From Macrostomum lignano (taxonomy: Eukaryota), in the NCBI GenBank assembly GCA_002269645.1, contig NIVC01001525.1, forward strand, positions 186,001 through 250,000: a DNA stretch of 64,000 nucleotides, written 5' to 3'. Below, one piece after another: positions 61,616 to 64,000 of the stretch (its first letter is position 1; every line of letters begins with the position of its first letter). Below the pieces are notes generated by a model that saw nothing but the letters and a program-made list of their open reading frames with translations, was not told the DNA's origin and did not search any database. A program made the position numbers and the translations under genes.

Positions 61616-63293
61616 CACCAGTTCTCCTCTATGCCCTTCCAGTTCTCCCCTATGCCCTTCCAGTTCTCCTCTATGCCCTTCCAGTTCTCCTCTATGCCCT
61701 TCCAGTTCTCCTCTATGCCCTTCCAGTTCTCCCCCATGCCCTTCCAGTTCTCCTCTATGCCCTTCCAGTTCTCCCCATGCCCTTCCAGTTCTCCTCTATG
61801 CCCTTCCAGTTCTCCCCTATGCCCTTCCAGTTCTCCCCCATGCCCTTCCAGTTCTCCCCTATGCCCTTCCAGTTCTCCCCTATGCCCTTCCAGTTCTCCT
61901 CTATGCCCTTCCAGTTCTCCCCTATGCCCTTCCAGTTCTCCCCTATGCCCTTCCAGTTCTCCCCTATGCCCTTCCAGTTCTCCCCCATGCCCTTCCAGTT
62001 CTCCCATCTGCCTTTCCAGTACTCCCCTATGCCCTTCCAGTTCTCCTCTATGCCCTTCCAGTTCTCCCCTATGCCCTTCCAGTTCTCCTCTATGCCCTTC
62101 CAGTTCTCCCCCATGCCCTTCCAGTTCTCCTCTATGCCCTTCCAGTTCTCCCCTATGCCCTTCCAGTTCTCCCCCATGCCCTTCCAGTTCTCCTCTATGC
62201 CCTTCCAGTTCTCCCCTATGCCCTTCCAGTTCTCCCCTATGCCCTTCCAGTTCTCCCCCATGCCCTTCCAGTTCTCCCATCTGCCTTTCCAGTACTCCCC
62301 TATGCCCTTCCAGTTCTCCCATCTGCCTTTTCAGTTCTCCCTCTTCAGCCTTCCAATTACCCCACTCTGCCCTCTGCCTATCCTCTTTTGAATTCAATGA
62401 AGATTCAACACAAAAATTTGGAATGCGCCGAGAATAGGCTACACTATATATTGATAGTTAATTATCAAGTCGAAAAAGTCTAGTAATCTAAATATGTACT
62501 AAGCCAATAAAGATGAATCTAAGAGTATTATTAGACACATGCTTGCAGTATATGCTACGAGTACTTGGGCCAATATGTCGCAAAAACGTTTACAAAAAAG
62601 GCTATTCATAAAAAGTTCTCAGGAAAGCATGCTTAACTAACTCTAAAGCGTGATGCAATTCTCCATACAATTTCAGGGCATTAAGGCCCGGTCAAAGCCA
62701 TAAGCAAAAATAGCAACCAGAGCTTTGTTATTTGTATACAGAGCACGATTTTGTCTTGAGTAATGATTATAACAGTTACTATGGTGTAATTTAGGACAGC
62801 AATTTTTAGCACATATAAAAGTGTACTTTTGGACAATAATTCTTTAAAAAATAGATTTTTTTTTTGCGCTTCAGAAACTTATTTTCATAATCTGACAAAA
62901 AAACTGCTACACAAAGCTATTGACAAGGAATTAACAAGGACTTGATTTACTTTACATGGAACACTACACTTGCTGCTTATGAATAAGAGTCTGCTTGAAA
63001 CAAGGAAAGAGGGAGAAAGCGTGGGAGATGGGGAGATGAGGGAGCGGAGTAAGGGGGAAGGAATTAAAGTAACAAAAATTTCATATAAATAATACGGCGC
63101 TTGTTATAATATTGTTATATATTGCTGCTATTGTTGTGGTTTCTTCGTTAATGTTGTTGATATTGTTGTTATCGTTCTGCTTTTGTTTTTGGTATTGCTG
63201 TTATTGGTTTTTATTGTTGTTTTATTGTTGTTGTTATTTCAGATAAGGGTCAATCCAGCTACCATGTCTTATTCTGCGCGTTAAGGCTCCCAA

Positions 63294-64000
63294 CTATTGA
63301 AAAAATTCAGACCTGTCAATCAGAGCATCCATGATATCGGCGGGAGCACCAGCCTGGCCTTCATGCCGCATGAAGTCAACGAGATTTCTACTCCGTCTAG
63401 CGGCATTATTTCGGAAAAAATTCTGTTCGAAGCTGGACAGTCCGTACCGAAGTTCGAAGAACATATTGGCTGCCACCAAAGTGACAACTGCCAGCTCCAT
63501 CTCCGACTCATCAAAGCCTTCATCATCTGAATTGCTAATTGGAAATGAATCCCTTGGCATCCATTTTTCGAAAACTTCTTCCGGCGTTGCTTTGCGCTCG
63601 CACTCACAAGAATCTCCCAAGAACACTCGGTAGTCAGTAGTAGCCATTGACTGCCTGACTGTGATTTGCTGGAGCGGATTCTCAGTGCAGTGCCGACAGT
63701 CGCAGTTGTGCAGCAGCACGTTTTCACCCTCCAGATATCTCACAAAATTCGCAGTCCAGAATTGTCGTCGTGTCGAGTCCCAGACATCGTCCCTTCTTGG
63801 GTTTCCGTTGTGTTGGCCGGTTGCAAACTTGACACTTTTTACAGACACGTTCGTCATCTGGGGCCCGTCATGTACAGCAAAATGGAACTTTTCGAGATCC
63901 CAGCAACTGTACTTGAAGTCTTCACCGATGCACCCCTTCTCAAAGCACAGGCCGTTTAGGGCCACGTAATTTCTAATGAAGGAAGCAAAATTATTTTGGC
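63294..64000 (-). CDS. Second copy of the orphan gene, 3' part (runs off the window)
   Basis: Nearly identical to 23807-24500; in-frame 5-aa deletion; ends GAPADIMDALIDRSEFFQ. Confidence 0.7.
   Translation of the reverse strand, partial: QNNFASFIRNYVALNGLCFEKGCIGEDFKYSCWDLEKFHFAVHDGPQMTNVSVKSVKFATGQHNGNPRRDDVWDSTRRQFWTANFVRYLEGENVLLHNCDCRHCTENPLQQITVRQSMATTDYRVFLGDSCECERKATPEEVFEKWMPRDSFPISNSDDEGFDESEMELAVVTLVAANMFFELRYGLSSFEQNFFRNNAARRSRNLVDFMRHEGQAGAPADIMDALIDRSEFFQ

Larger units (their letters stand above)
59114..64000 (+). repeat. Segmental duplicate of the window start (1-1461, 3564-4822, 22077-~24500) without the LINE and Helitron
   Basis: Position 1 aligns to 59114; near-identical colinear sequence with empty insertion sites. 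Confidence 0.93.

Overview
Eukaryotic (animal) genomic DNA with spliceosomal introns and many repeats. The gene and repeat content suggests a flatworm such as Macrostomum, but that is an inference. Main components: (1) a 5'-truncated RTE-type LINE with a 14-bp TSD (1462-3549); (2) a 17.25-kb composite non-autonomous Helitron-type insertion (4823-22076, minus strand) made of head-to-tail units carrying minisatellites and tRNA-like segments, inserted at an A|T site inside a SINE, with empty sites visible in two paralogous SINE copies; (3) an intronless orphan gene of about 406 aa split by a solo LTR with a 4-bp TSD; (4) a 14,043-bp Polinton/Maverick (adintovirus-like) element with AGTAG termini, about 261-bp TIRs and a 6-bp TSD (27257-41299), encoding a PLA2, integrase, pX-like protein, frameshifted pPolB, adenain protease, packaging ATPase, N-truncated major capsid and minor capsid; (5) directly downstream, a multi-exon ankyrin-repeat plus Mab-21/cGAS-like nucleotidyltransferase (cGLR) gene, possibly one ORF of about 1,780 aa (41321-52580), whose introns hold an LTR-like relic, a Polinton-gene relic, SINEs and a Penelope-like element with two inverted hammerhead ribozyme motifs; (6) minisatellite blocks and a second solo LTR; (7) a segmental duplicate (59114-64000) of the window start that lacks the LINE and Helitron insertions. 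All alignments and splice models were done by eye.
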